A DNA stretch of 64,000 nt. It comes from Eledone cirrhosa. Lineage: Eukaryota. The translations under genes and the position numbers were made by a program. A model generated the notes under the pieces. The model made no database searches. It had not been told where the DNA came from and saw only the letters and a program-made list of their open reading frames with translations. Positions 53,860 through 64,000 of the stretch are shown here, piece after piece. The DNA lies in the NCBI GenBank assembly GCA_964016885.1, contig OZ024744.1, forward strand, positions 69,006,001-69,070,000, read 5' to 3'. Positions within the stretch are counted from its first letter, which is position 1. The number at the start of each line of letters is the position of its first letter.

Positions 53860-55084
53860 TGGTGCTAGTTGAAGACTATTTCAAACTTGTCCGAGGAAGC
53901 CGGGCGTGGCCACGCAACAACCCCAGCGTCAGGCGAACCTGGAGTCTCTGGGTGTACATGTTTCATGTCCCTTGTTCTTATTCTTATTCATGTCCCTTGC
54001 TTCTTACTGTTGTTTTTTTTATGTATTTTGTCCCATTCTTTTATTATTGTGTTCTCTATATGTGTTCTCGATTTCTTATCTGCTTGTCCTGTCCCTACTT
54101 TCGCTTCCTGTAACTCTCTTCCATAGCCTAACAGCCATTTTGATAGTATTGTTGCCACTGTAGTTAAGACTGAATGCTATAATTATTGCTAGCCTTGTGC
54201 TTTAGAATGATAGAGAGGAATGTATTAACTGTGCATGTATTTATTTATATATTTAAATACCCATCTATGTTTCTATCCCATTTCCGCTTCCTTGTTTCAA
54301 CGGACTACTATTATGGTTAGTTTATTTTTCATGGAAGCGTGGCATTTTCCTGTTGCCGCCGTCACCGTGGTGGGGGTCATCACTGGTATTGTTGGTGGTG
54401 GTGGTGGTGTTACCAATGGGCTTAATACTAACATATATGAATCCACCACTACTACGACGAACGGGGTGGATGATGGGCGGCGTTGGTGCTTGTTGCCGTT
54501 ACCATTGTTGTTGTTGCTATATATGGTCATGGTGATTGATACTACCAACTCTGTGTACCCACCTACCTCTGAACACCTTTTTATTGCTTTGGCGTTATCG
54601 TTGTTATTGTCGACAGGGTGGTACCGTCACTGCGACTGTTGCGGCATGTATACACGACGCTGGTCTGTGTTTTTGCTGTTGTTGTTGTTGTTGTTGTTGT
54701 TGTAAGTGTTTACTGTAGTTGTTGCTTTAGTTGTTGTTGTCAATAGGGTAGTAATATCACTACGACTATTGCGACCAGTGTGGACAATATTGGTCGGCGG
54801 TTTGCTGTTATTGTCGTTATTGTTGTTGTCGTTGTCGTTGTTGTTGTTGTCTATAGGTGGTTTTCAACAAAATATATACCCCTCCCTCCCCCAGAGCTCC
54901 GTGTATTGCTTCCACTGTCTACTGGGTTTTGGCTACACACAGTTCTTCGTTCTTTTCGTCTTTTTCGTTGATAGCTTTTTCTAGCAAACACGACGGCTGG
55001 CAAACCCTTCAAGGAACTCATATGTCTGCTGGGTACACAAGCGATAGGACGTGTTTTTCCTGCCAGTGACATATGAAACATATT

Positions 55085-55381
55085 CGTTTTCATCTGAGGA
55101 AACCGTTCTCATAATCAACAGCAAATGCATGAAGGACATCTCGATTGCATGGTGAACCGTGGAAATAATTATTATTGTTTCTACTTTTTGGCACAAGGCC
55201 AGCAATTACAGTACATTACTGGTACTTTATTTTATCGACCCCGTAGGGATGAAAGACAAAGTTAACCTCGACGGGATTTGAAGTCAGACCGTAAAGGGAC
55301 GTAACTATGCTGGAAAGCATGGCGTCCGACCCTCTACCGATACTGCCAATCCACCGTGGAAATAATTATTATGATTAAACG
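55085..55381 (+). ncRNA. Hammerhead-like motif interrupted by a SINE
   Basis: cgttttcat-CTGAGGA...GAAATAATTATT-atga(tt)aaacg once the SINE and one TSD are removed. Confidence 0.5.
55173..55355 (-). mobile_element. SINE with ~17-20 bp TSD accgtggaaataattattat (55156-55175 / 55353-55372)
   Basis: Reverse complement matches the family; TSD read directly. Confidence 0.92.
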
Positions 55382-55502
55382 ATATATGTAACCTCAGCAT
55401 CTTTTTTGTTATTTTTATAAAATTCTCCATCGTAACTAAAAATAACGATTGTTGAGAGCTTTCTCCTGCTTATTCCTGTTTTTACCAAAACAATCTTTTC
55501 CG

Positions 55503-55603
<101 letters not shown>

Positions 55604-55610
55604 ATATATA

Positions 55611-55661
<51 letters not shown>

Positions 55662-55663
<2 letters not shown>

Positions 55664-58600
55664 AAGGCGGGTAAAATTCCCGAGATCTATGGACGAGTTC
55701 TCTCCAGCGGTCTCTGCTGTCCCTCATTATCGCTGCCATATCCTGCATCTCCAACAGACGAGTGTCTGTCCTTAGGGCATCAACATATGTTAACCTTGGT
55801 CTTCCTCTTCTAGTGTGTCCATGTAGGGGCTCCCAAAGGAGCACTGAGTGCAATGTCAACTCTGGATGTCGGTGAGCATGTCCAGCCAACCTCAGTCTCC
55901 TCTGTGTCACTTTTGAGCTGACTTTTGGGATGCTCCCATACAGCTCTGAGTTTTTCATCCTCAGTGTATACTGATTAATGTTCAGAGCCATCCTCAGCAT
56001 TCTCGTGTAGCACCCATCCACCATCTGAGTGAGTTTCTTGGTCAGTGTCCAAGTCTCAGACCCATACAGCAGCACAGACTCCACTACAGCAATGAAGAGG
56101 CGGATTTTCAGGTCTCTACGAAGGTCCGACTTCCACACCGATCTCAAGCTGTGGCACGTCGCCCAGGCCTTGCTATTCCTCTCAACCACATCATCTTCCG
56201 TATTCCCAATCTTTGCTCCCAAATACAGGAAGTCCTCAACCAATTCCAGCGGCTTCCCGCCTACATTAGTGATCCCCCTCTGGCTTCTCAACATTCTCTA
56301 CCAGATATTTTGTTTTAATCTCATTCATTCTCAGCCCCACACTCATCGACACAGTCTCAACCTCCCGCATCAAATCCTCTGCCTCCTTCACTGTATTTGT
56401 CACCAAAACTATGTCGTCGGCAAATTCAGCATCCGATACCTTTTTCGCCCTAACTCTCCTGCTCTGAGCCGGTGCTACAATAAAGCCAGAGTCCTGGTGT
56501 TTCTCCAGTGCAAGGCGCATACAATAGTCCACTACGATGATAAAAAGGTAGGGAGCCAATGTATCTCACTGGAGCACTCGAGCCAGTATCTCAAAGAACT
56601 CTGTCATCCCATCAGGTGTAATGACTTGGGCTTTGGTGTTGGTGTAGAGCAGTGATATCAGGTCCACTATCTTCTTGGGGATTCCATAAGCCTGTAAGAT
56701 CTTCATCAGGTAGTAACGGTCCACAGAATCAAAGGCCTTCCCAAAGTCAATGAAAACCATGACCGCAGGAATGCACTTTGCTCTAGCTCCCTCTAATATC
56801 CTCCTCAGCATCAGGATGTGACTGGTGGTTGATCTACCCTCTCTGAAGCCGTTCTGGTTGTCCCTGAGCTTCTTCTCCATCTCAGGCTGGATCCTGTTAA
56901 GAATCATCCTGTTGAGCGTCTTTGCCACAAGTGACGTCAGTGAGATCCCCCTGTAGTTGTTGGTGTTAGAGAAATCTCCCTTCTTTGGCACTGGGACGAT
57001 GTTACTGACCCACCACTGATTCGGGGCAACTCCTTTCTCCAGTGCCCCGTTACAGAACCCCAGGATGATATCATAAAAATCACACCTCTTCATCACCTCT
57101 GATGCCACTCCATCTTCTCCATGAGCCTTGCCCTCCTTGATCTTCTTCTTCGCTCTCTGAAGCTCCTCTCTGGTGAAGGGCTCTGTCTCAACATCCAGTT
57201 CCTCAAACAGCCGCCTGATCTCCCCAGTGCTCTGGGCTGTGGAGGGTGGCTCTCCTAGTAGGGTCCTAAAATGGTCTAGCCATTTCCTCTTCCTATCGTC
57301 GGGCCCCGTTCCCTGGATCTGACTCGAACACCTTCTCTTCCTCCCTGTGATCTCGTTGATGATCATCCAGCTCTCCTTACATCCAGATCTGTCAACCGCT
57401 CACTCCACACTTCTGATCTTCTCTATCAGTGCCTCCTCTCTGACCTCAGTGTAAGCGGTACAGAGCTCTTCCCTCATCACCTCCACAGTCTCCATCCTCT
57501 CCTCCGTAGGATCAGCATAGAATTGGTCCCTGGCAGCTTTCAGGTGTTCTCTGGCTGCACACACTTTTGGGTTTGCAGAGCTGACGTGCTTCCCTTTGTT
57601 CTTTTTCCTCGGCACCAGGGTTTCACTTGCTTCCGCCACTGCATTGGTGAAGTGCCCGTACCTCCTCGTCACACTCTCCTCAGTCCATCCAATCTCTCTC
57701 TCCTCTGACTCTCCACACAGAGCACTAAACCTGTTTCTCACTTCCACTGTGAACCTCTCCTGTAGCTTATCATCTTCCTTGAAAGCTCCCCAGTCATAGA
57801 TTGTTCTCCGGGACTGAGCCTTGCTCTTTCTTAAGCTCACGCGGACCTCACTCATAACAAGCCGGTGGTCACTACCCAGTGTACTGAAATAGCTGTATGG
57901 TTCCGTGTTCAGAACACTATTCCGCCACTTTTTCCTCACCAGAATGAAATCAATCTGGGACTTGGACAGGTGCATATCTGAGATGTAGGTCCACATCTTC
58001 CCCAGATTCTTCCTAAACCTTAGGTTGGTCGCCATCAAGTTCGCCTCCAGCAGGGTGTCTCTCAGTAGTCTTCCATTTCAGTTGGTGTTGTTATGGAAGT
58101 ACCAGCAAGGATCTTCACTGCCCTCCTTACTCAGATGTGCATTGAAGTCCCCCAAAACAAGCAGGATATTGTGTGCCTGAGTGGTGTTGACAGCTCTACA
58201 CACCTCCTCATGGAACTCTTCCGCATTCGCATCACTGTCCCCCTCGGTTGGACTATAGGCTGAGATGACTGTCAGTCTTGGGTTTCCATTGAAGGTCACC
58301 CTCAACACTCGCGGGGAGATAGGCATTATTTCCCTCACCAACAGATTGGTTTTTGCACTGAACACAAAACCCACTCCTCCTACTGCAGCATTTGTTGTGT
58401 TCTTCACTGCCGATGTAGTGATGAGCTGGCTCTTCTTCCCAATCATCACACTCCTCACGGGCTTATCGTGTAGAATACTGTGTTCTTGGATCGCAAGTAT
58501 CTGTATACCACTCTCCTCGAACAGATGTCCCAACTCCTCTCTCTTCTCCAGCGTCCGAATAGTCCTCACATTCAAAGTGCCCATTTTGATGGCTCTTCTG

Positions 58601-58973
58601 CAGGACAAAACTGCATTCTTTATATTTGTCTCAGAGACAGCTGATCCATCATCCACTGGCCCTCTCTGTGGCTCTAAGCCAGCAGAGTCATAAAGACCAG
58701 GCTGCTCCTTGACAGTGTAATTAGGGGCTCTAACCCTAGTGCTGTTATATCGACTCTACATATTTCTTGTCAATGGCTACAATACCTTACCGGCGCCACT
58801 CGAATAAGGTAGTTATTTAACCCATAAATGGAGCCCTAACTGGTACTACCACACCGGGCCGGGCCGACCTGGGAGTCATGACAACTAAGGGGTAACTCCA
58901 CATTCCCCACATCTCCTGAACTCCCGAACTGGAGCCTTGCCACTGGATGTAGTTTAATGTCATACCCAGGACA
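55662..58973 (-). mobile_element. Near full-length RTE-clade LINE (APE + RT), disrupted by stops/frameshifts
   Basis: MGTLNVRT, IQE, SAYSPT, LGDFNA, QIDFIL, SDH; KKGD..NYRGISL, QNGFR, FIDFGKAFDSV, FADD, YLGA, LLYGSETW, RGRP..W; no C-terminal zinc finger; (TA)n at both ends. Confidence 0.93.
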
Positions 58974-59009
58974 ATATATATATATATATATAGTAATAAT
59001 ATATATAGT

Positions 59010-59196
59010 AATTGTTTCTACTTTAGGCACAAGGCCAGCAATTACCAGTGCATTACTGGTACTTTATTTTATCGACCCCGTAAGGATGAAAGGCAAAGTC
59101 AACCTCGGCGGGATTTGAACTCAGATGGTAAAGGGACGTAACTATGCTGGAAAGCATGGCGTCCGACCCTCTACCGATACTGCCAATCCACCCACC
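59010..59196 (-). mobile_element. SINE with 19 bp TSD taataatatatatagtaat (58994-59012 / 59197-59215)
   Basis: Family match and TSD. Confidence 0.92.
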
Positions 59197-59464
59197 TAAT
59201 AATATATATAGTAATAATAATAAATTATATATATAGTAATATATATAGTAATAATAATAAATTTGAAGACTAAAATCCAAAGATGACTCGATAAGAATAA
59301 ATATATATCAAATATATAAGAACCGTAGAGCAAATATTTATTAAAATAACAGATTAAAGTTTAAGCAAAGAAACGCTGCTTTCACCCTTAACGGGTAGTT
59401 TGAGAAAATCCCGCTAAGGGTGAAAGCAGCGATTCTTTGCTTAAACTTTAATCTGTTATTTTAA

Positions 59465-59522
<58 letters not shown>

Positions 59523-60115
59523 TATAGATATAGATAGGTAAATATACACGGGTGTGTATGATTGTGTATAGAAGATTATATTAATAAGAGGAATTCCAAC
59601 TTTGTCTGATTTACTCGTTTTATTTACAATCCTTTAAAATATATATAATGGTATTATAATGAAATAGTATGATAGAATATTAAATTCTAAGTGTTAATTG
59701 AACAAGTACTTTCATGCTTTCGCAATCTTCAGGTTCATGATATGTGGTGACAGTCGAGTTTGCAATTTTCAACTGTAATGAGATGGGTAAATTTCCTACC
59801 TTTTATACATTTTATACAGAGAAAAGTGGCTCCAGAATGCAAAGCCCTGTAAACTGTATTTCGACCAATCAGTGTGTAGTTTCACTGAATTACTACAGCT
59901 GATTGGTTTAAGCGTCACGGCTGGTTGAGCATGCTAACGACCAATAGTCATATCCAACGTATCAATTGTTTTGCTTTTTTGAAATGATGAAAATAGCATT
60001 TTCTATTAATCATCACCATCAACATCACTTTTATTATTATTATTATTGTTGTTGTTGTTGTTGTTGTTAGTGGTCGTGGTCATAGTGGTAGTAGAAGTAA
60101 TACCCCTAGGCGTTA

Positions 60116-61697
60116 TTATTGTTCATTTAGCTTGGGTTTGAATTTATCAATAAAATTCTTTTCTTTGATTTTTCTCTTGATTTCATTTGGGCTGTGTAAT
60201 TTGTAGAATGGGAATATTATAAATATTCCCTGACCACATGTTGCCAGGTGGCCGCTTAGGGGTATCTGACGGACATTTGGGTCTCTGATTTGTTGACGGT
60301 GTACCCGTGCACGTTCCGATAGTGCATTTCCAGTTTGACCGACATATAGTTCTTCACAATTCGGGCATTTAATGCAGTAAATTAGATTTCTGCTTTTGCA
60401 GTTCATATTTGCATTTGTGAATATTTTTCCAGTTTTTGTTTTCATATATTGACCGGCGTGTATGGATTGACATGTGCCGCATCGATTATCATTGCATTTA
60501 GATACAGTGAATGATTGGTCTTTGTTGTTAAGGTCAAACTTTGCTTTTGTTAGCAATTGCTTCAAATTTTTTGGCTGTCTTTTACTAAGAGTCAAAGATC
60601 GATCTGTGATTAAGCCTTTTAATTCATTACTTTGAGCAATGATCGGTAGGTTTGCTTTGGCAGTGTTGAAGATATTCTGGTGACATGGGTTGTGTGTCAT
60701 TATAAATGGTATGACCAGTTCTTGGTTTCTTCTTCTTTGGGTTGTTCTAAGTTGTTGTATAGGTATTTTTATAGCCCGCTGTATGCCATTTTCTATAAGT
60801 AGAGATGGGTATTTTTGTTTGAGCAAAAATTCTCTTAGTTCTGTTAGGCGTTTGTACCTGGTATTCGTATCTTCTACAATGGTACAAATTCTTCTGGCTA
60901 GGCAGTATGGGATGTTGCGTTTTGTATGAGGTGGATGGCACGACTTAAAATTCAGATATTGATGGGTGTCTGTGTGTTTATAATATATATCCGTGGTAAT
61001 GGTGGTGTCGTTTTTGATTATCATTATATCTAGGCATGGTAATTTGGTCCTACTCATCTCTTTTGTGAATTGGAGAGATGGGTGTAGGTTATTCAGGAGG
61101 ATATTGAACTCATCCAGAGTATCTAGAGATTCTGTCCAGATGATGAAACAGTCGTCAAGGTATCTCTTCCAAGATTTTTCAATGTACTTTCTAAAGTCAG
61201 TACTATATTTTTCCTCTATTTCTTGGTAGAGTTGTTGTTCTAAGTATCCCATTACAGAGTTCGCGTAAACGGGAGCAAACTTCGTTCCCATCGCTGTGCC
61301 TCTAATTTGGATGTAATTCTTTCCATTGAAGAAGAAAGTGTTGTTTTCCAGAATAAGTTTAACTGCGTCTAATATAAATGGCGCTGTGAATCTAATGGGA
61401 ATCACTTCTCTATGTTTTTCCACCCAGTATTTAACCGCCTTTATTCCTAAATCATGTGTAATGTTGGTGTAAAGGCTTACCACATCAAAACTGAGTAGAA
61501 GTGAATTCGTTTCCGTGGTTTTGGGAAGATGGGACAGGAAGTCGATATCATCCCGGATGAAACTGGGTATGTGAATACATAGTGGTTTCAAAATAATGTC
61601 AACAAAATTGCTTAGACGGTGAGTGGGGCATGTTGGACCAGCTATAATAGGTCTAAGTTTTAAGTCTTTTGGGTGTAATAATTTAATGTACTCACTG
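60116..61697 (-). CDS. PLE reverse transcriptase + GIY-YIG endonuclease (Neptune-like), uninterrupted but 5'-truncated
   Basis: LRPIIAG upstream of the listed start, SFDVVSLYTNI, GTAMG, RYLDD, YYKHT, CxxxxCxxC, LIYCIKC...YVGQT, FKPKLN. Confidence 0.93.
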
Positions 61698-62115
61698 TTT
61701 TATTGATAAATTCAAACCCAAGCTAAATGAACAATAATAACGCCTAGGGGTATTACTTCTACTACCACTATGACCACGACCACTAACAACAACAACAACA
61801 ACAACAATAATAATAATAATAAAAGTGATGTTGATGGTGATGATTAATAGAAAATGCTATTTTCATCATTTCAAAAAAGCAAAACAATTGATACGTTGGA
61901 TATGACTATTGGTCGTTAGCATGCTCAACCAGCCGTGACGCTTAAACCAATCAGCTGTAGTAATTCAGTGAAACTACACACTGATTGGTCGAAATACAGT
62001 TTACAGGGCTTTGCATTCTGGAGCCACTTTTCTCTGTATAAAATGTATAAAAGGTAGGAAATTTACCCATCTCATTACAGTTGAAAATTGCAAACTCGAC
62101 TGTCACCACATATCA

Positions 62116-62154
62116 TGAACCTGAAGATTGCGAAAGCATGAAAGTACTTGTTCA
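62116..62154 (+). ncRNA. Minimal hammerhead; identical inverted copy at 59699-59737 (-)
   Basis: tgaac-CTGAAGA-ttgc.gaaa.gcat-GAAAGTACTT-gttca; palindromic AAGTACTT stem III. Confidence 0.85.
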
Positions 62155-62268
62155 ATTAACACTTAGAATTTAATATTCTATCATACTATTTCATTATAAT
62201 ACCATTATATATATTTTAAAGGATTGTAAATAAAACGAGTAAATCAGACAAAGTTGGAATTCCTCTTA

Positions 62269-62356
<88 letters not shown>

Positions 62357-62670
62357 GGTATATATATATAAGTACATATATATATATATATATGTATATA
62401 TATGTATATATATATATGTATATATATATGTATATATATATATGTATATAATTAAGTTAAAAATGTACATCCATATATGTATACTGAAATACTAGTATGC
62501 ATATGAATACACACACGTATACATATGTAGATGTACCAAGTCTTTCACTGGTTACTTTACTGTGAGTATCCAGCTATTCTGTATGTAAACACACAGACAA
62601 ACCGGTTTTTAGAGTCATACTGGTTTTTGAGGAAACACCTTTCCTCTATTCTCCAGAAAGCCAGACAAGG

Positions 62671-62715
62671 AATATTGAACTAGTTTCGTTGTTGTTACAA
62701 CTCATCAGCAATATT
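62671..62715 (-). ncRNA. Minimal hammerhead ribozyme
   Basis: Reverse complement: aatattg-CTGATGA-gttg.taacaa.caac-GAAAC-ta-GTT-caatatt; 7 bp stem I. Confidence 0.88.
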
Positions 62716-62798
62716 TACCTATCTACCGGCCTTTCTGGAGAATCGTAAAAGCACATATCGTTATATGCTTTTTCTATGAAAATTAGTATATGTATATA

Positions 62799-63039
<241 letters not shown>

Positions 63040-63129
63040 ATTAACACTCGGAGGTAAAATTCCATTTCACTACGCCCCCCCCCCCCCTCCTCTTATGTAT
63101 ACACATGAATATCTGAGTAAACGGTGAGA

Positions 63130-63200
63130 CACACACATATATGTGTGTAGGGATGTATGGATGTATGTACGTGTGGGTATATATGTATGTGGGTGTGTGA

Positions 63201-63278
<78 letters not shown>

Positions 63279-63667
63279 ATGTGTGTATATATGTGTATAT
63301 GTACATGTATGTATGTGTATGATTGTATATATATGTGTGTATATGTATATATATATATATATATATATGGAATGATATGTATGTTTATGTGTGTGTGTAT
63401 GTATGTGTATGTACCTATATATATATGTGTGTGTGTATGTGCATATATGTATATATGTGTGTACATGTGTATGTTTCTGTTTGTGTATATGTATGTATGT
63501 ATGTAGATGTATGTGTATATATATGTATTTATATGTATATATATGTGTATGTGTATATGTGTCTTTATGTGCTCGTGTGTACGCACATATATATATGTAT
63601 ATATGTATGTGTGTATGTATGTGTGTGTATGTGTATATATATGTATATATATATATGTATGTATATA

Positions 63668-63709
<42 letters not shown>

Positions 63710-63771
63710 CATGTATGTTTATGTATGTATGTGTGTATGTATGTACTTGTATGTGTATGTGTATGTATGTG

Positions 63772-63802
<31 letters not shown>

Positions 63803-63940
63803 GTGTGTATATATATGTATATGGATATATATGTATGTGTATATGTATGTGTATATGTGTGTATGTGTCTGTATGTGTTTATGTGTACATATATGTATGT
63901 GTATATGTATGTATATATATGTATATATATGTATATATAG

Positions 63941-64000
<60 letters not shown>
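63130..64000. repeat. Compound (TA)/(TG)/(TATG)n low-complexity tract
   Basis: Direct reading. Confidence 0.95.

Larger units (their letters stand above)
59578..62275 (-). mobile_element. Young PLE with ~575 bp inverted pseudo-LTRs (59578-60155 / 61698-62275)
   Basis: Arms appear identical by eye; each carries a hammerhead; the right end abuts (TA)n. Confidence 0.95.

Noticed and set aside
54235-54984. ORFs of 156 aa and 92 aa with hydrophobic runs as membrane proteins
   Set aside because: Produced by (GTT)n/(GGT)n low-complexity sequence downstream of a PLE fragment.

Overview
Repeat-saturated, AT-rich eukaryotic genomic DNA. It is most likely octopus/cephalopod, inferred from the SINE type and the extreme (TA)n/(CA)n/(GA)n density; this was not checked by any search. 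I could not support any host protein-coding gene, and most listed ORFs are microsatellite artefacts. The window is a mosaic of retroelements: (i) at least 10 Penelope-like element (PLE) pieces (RT + GIY-YIG), many with inverted pseudo-LTRs and abutting (TA)n; (ii) more than 20 type I hammerhead ribozyme (HHR) motifs from many sequence families, often in fold-back pairs, including a compensatory U3-A8 core variant and a long-stem-II family; (iii) a ~10.4 kb stack at 24254-34677 of six non-LTR elements (three L1/Tx1, two Dong/R4, one tRNA-SINE), each separated by (ATT)n; (iv) a near full-length decayed RTE LINE; (v) about 12 tRNA-derived SINE copies whose 3' tail and target-site duplications suggest mobilisation by the Tx1 LINE; (vi) Helitron-like ends and a tiny hAT-like MITE. 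All calls come from reading motifs by eye; coordinates are approximate to a few bases.
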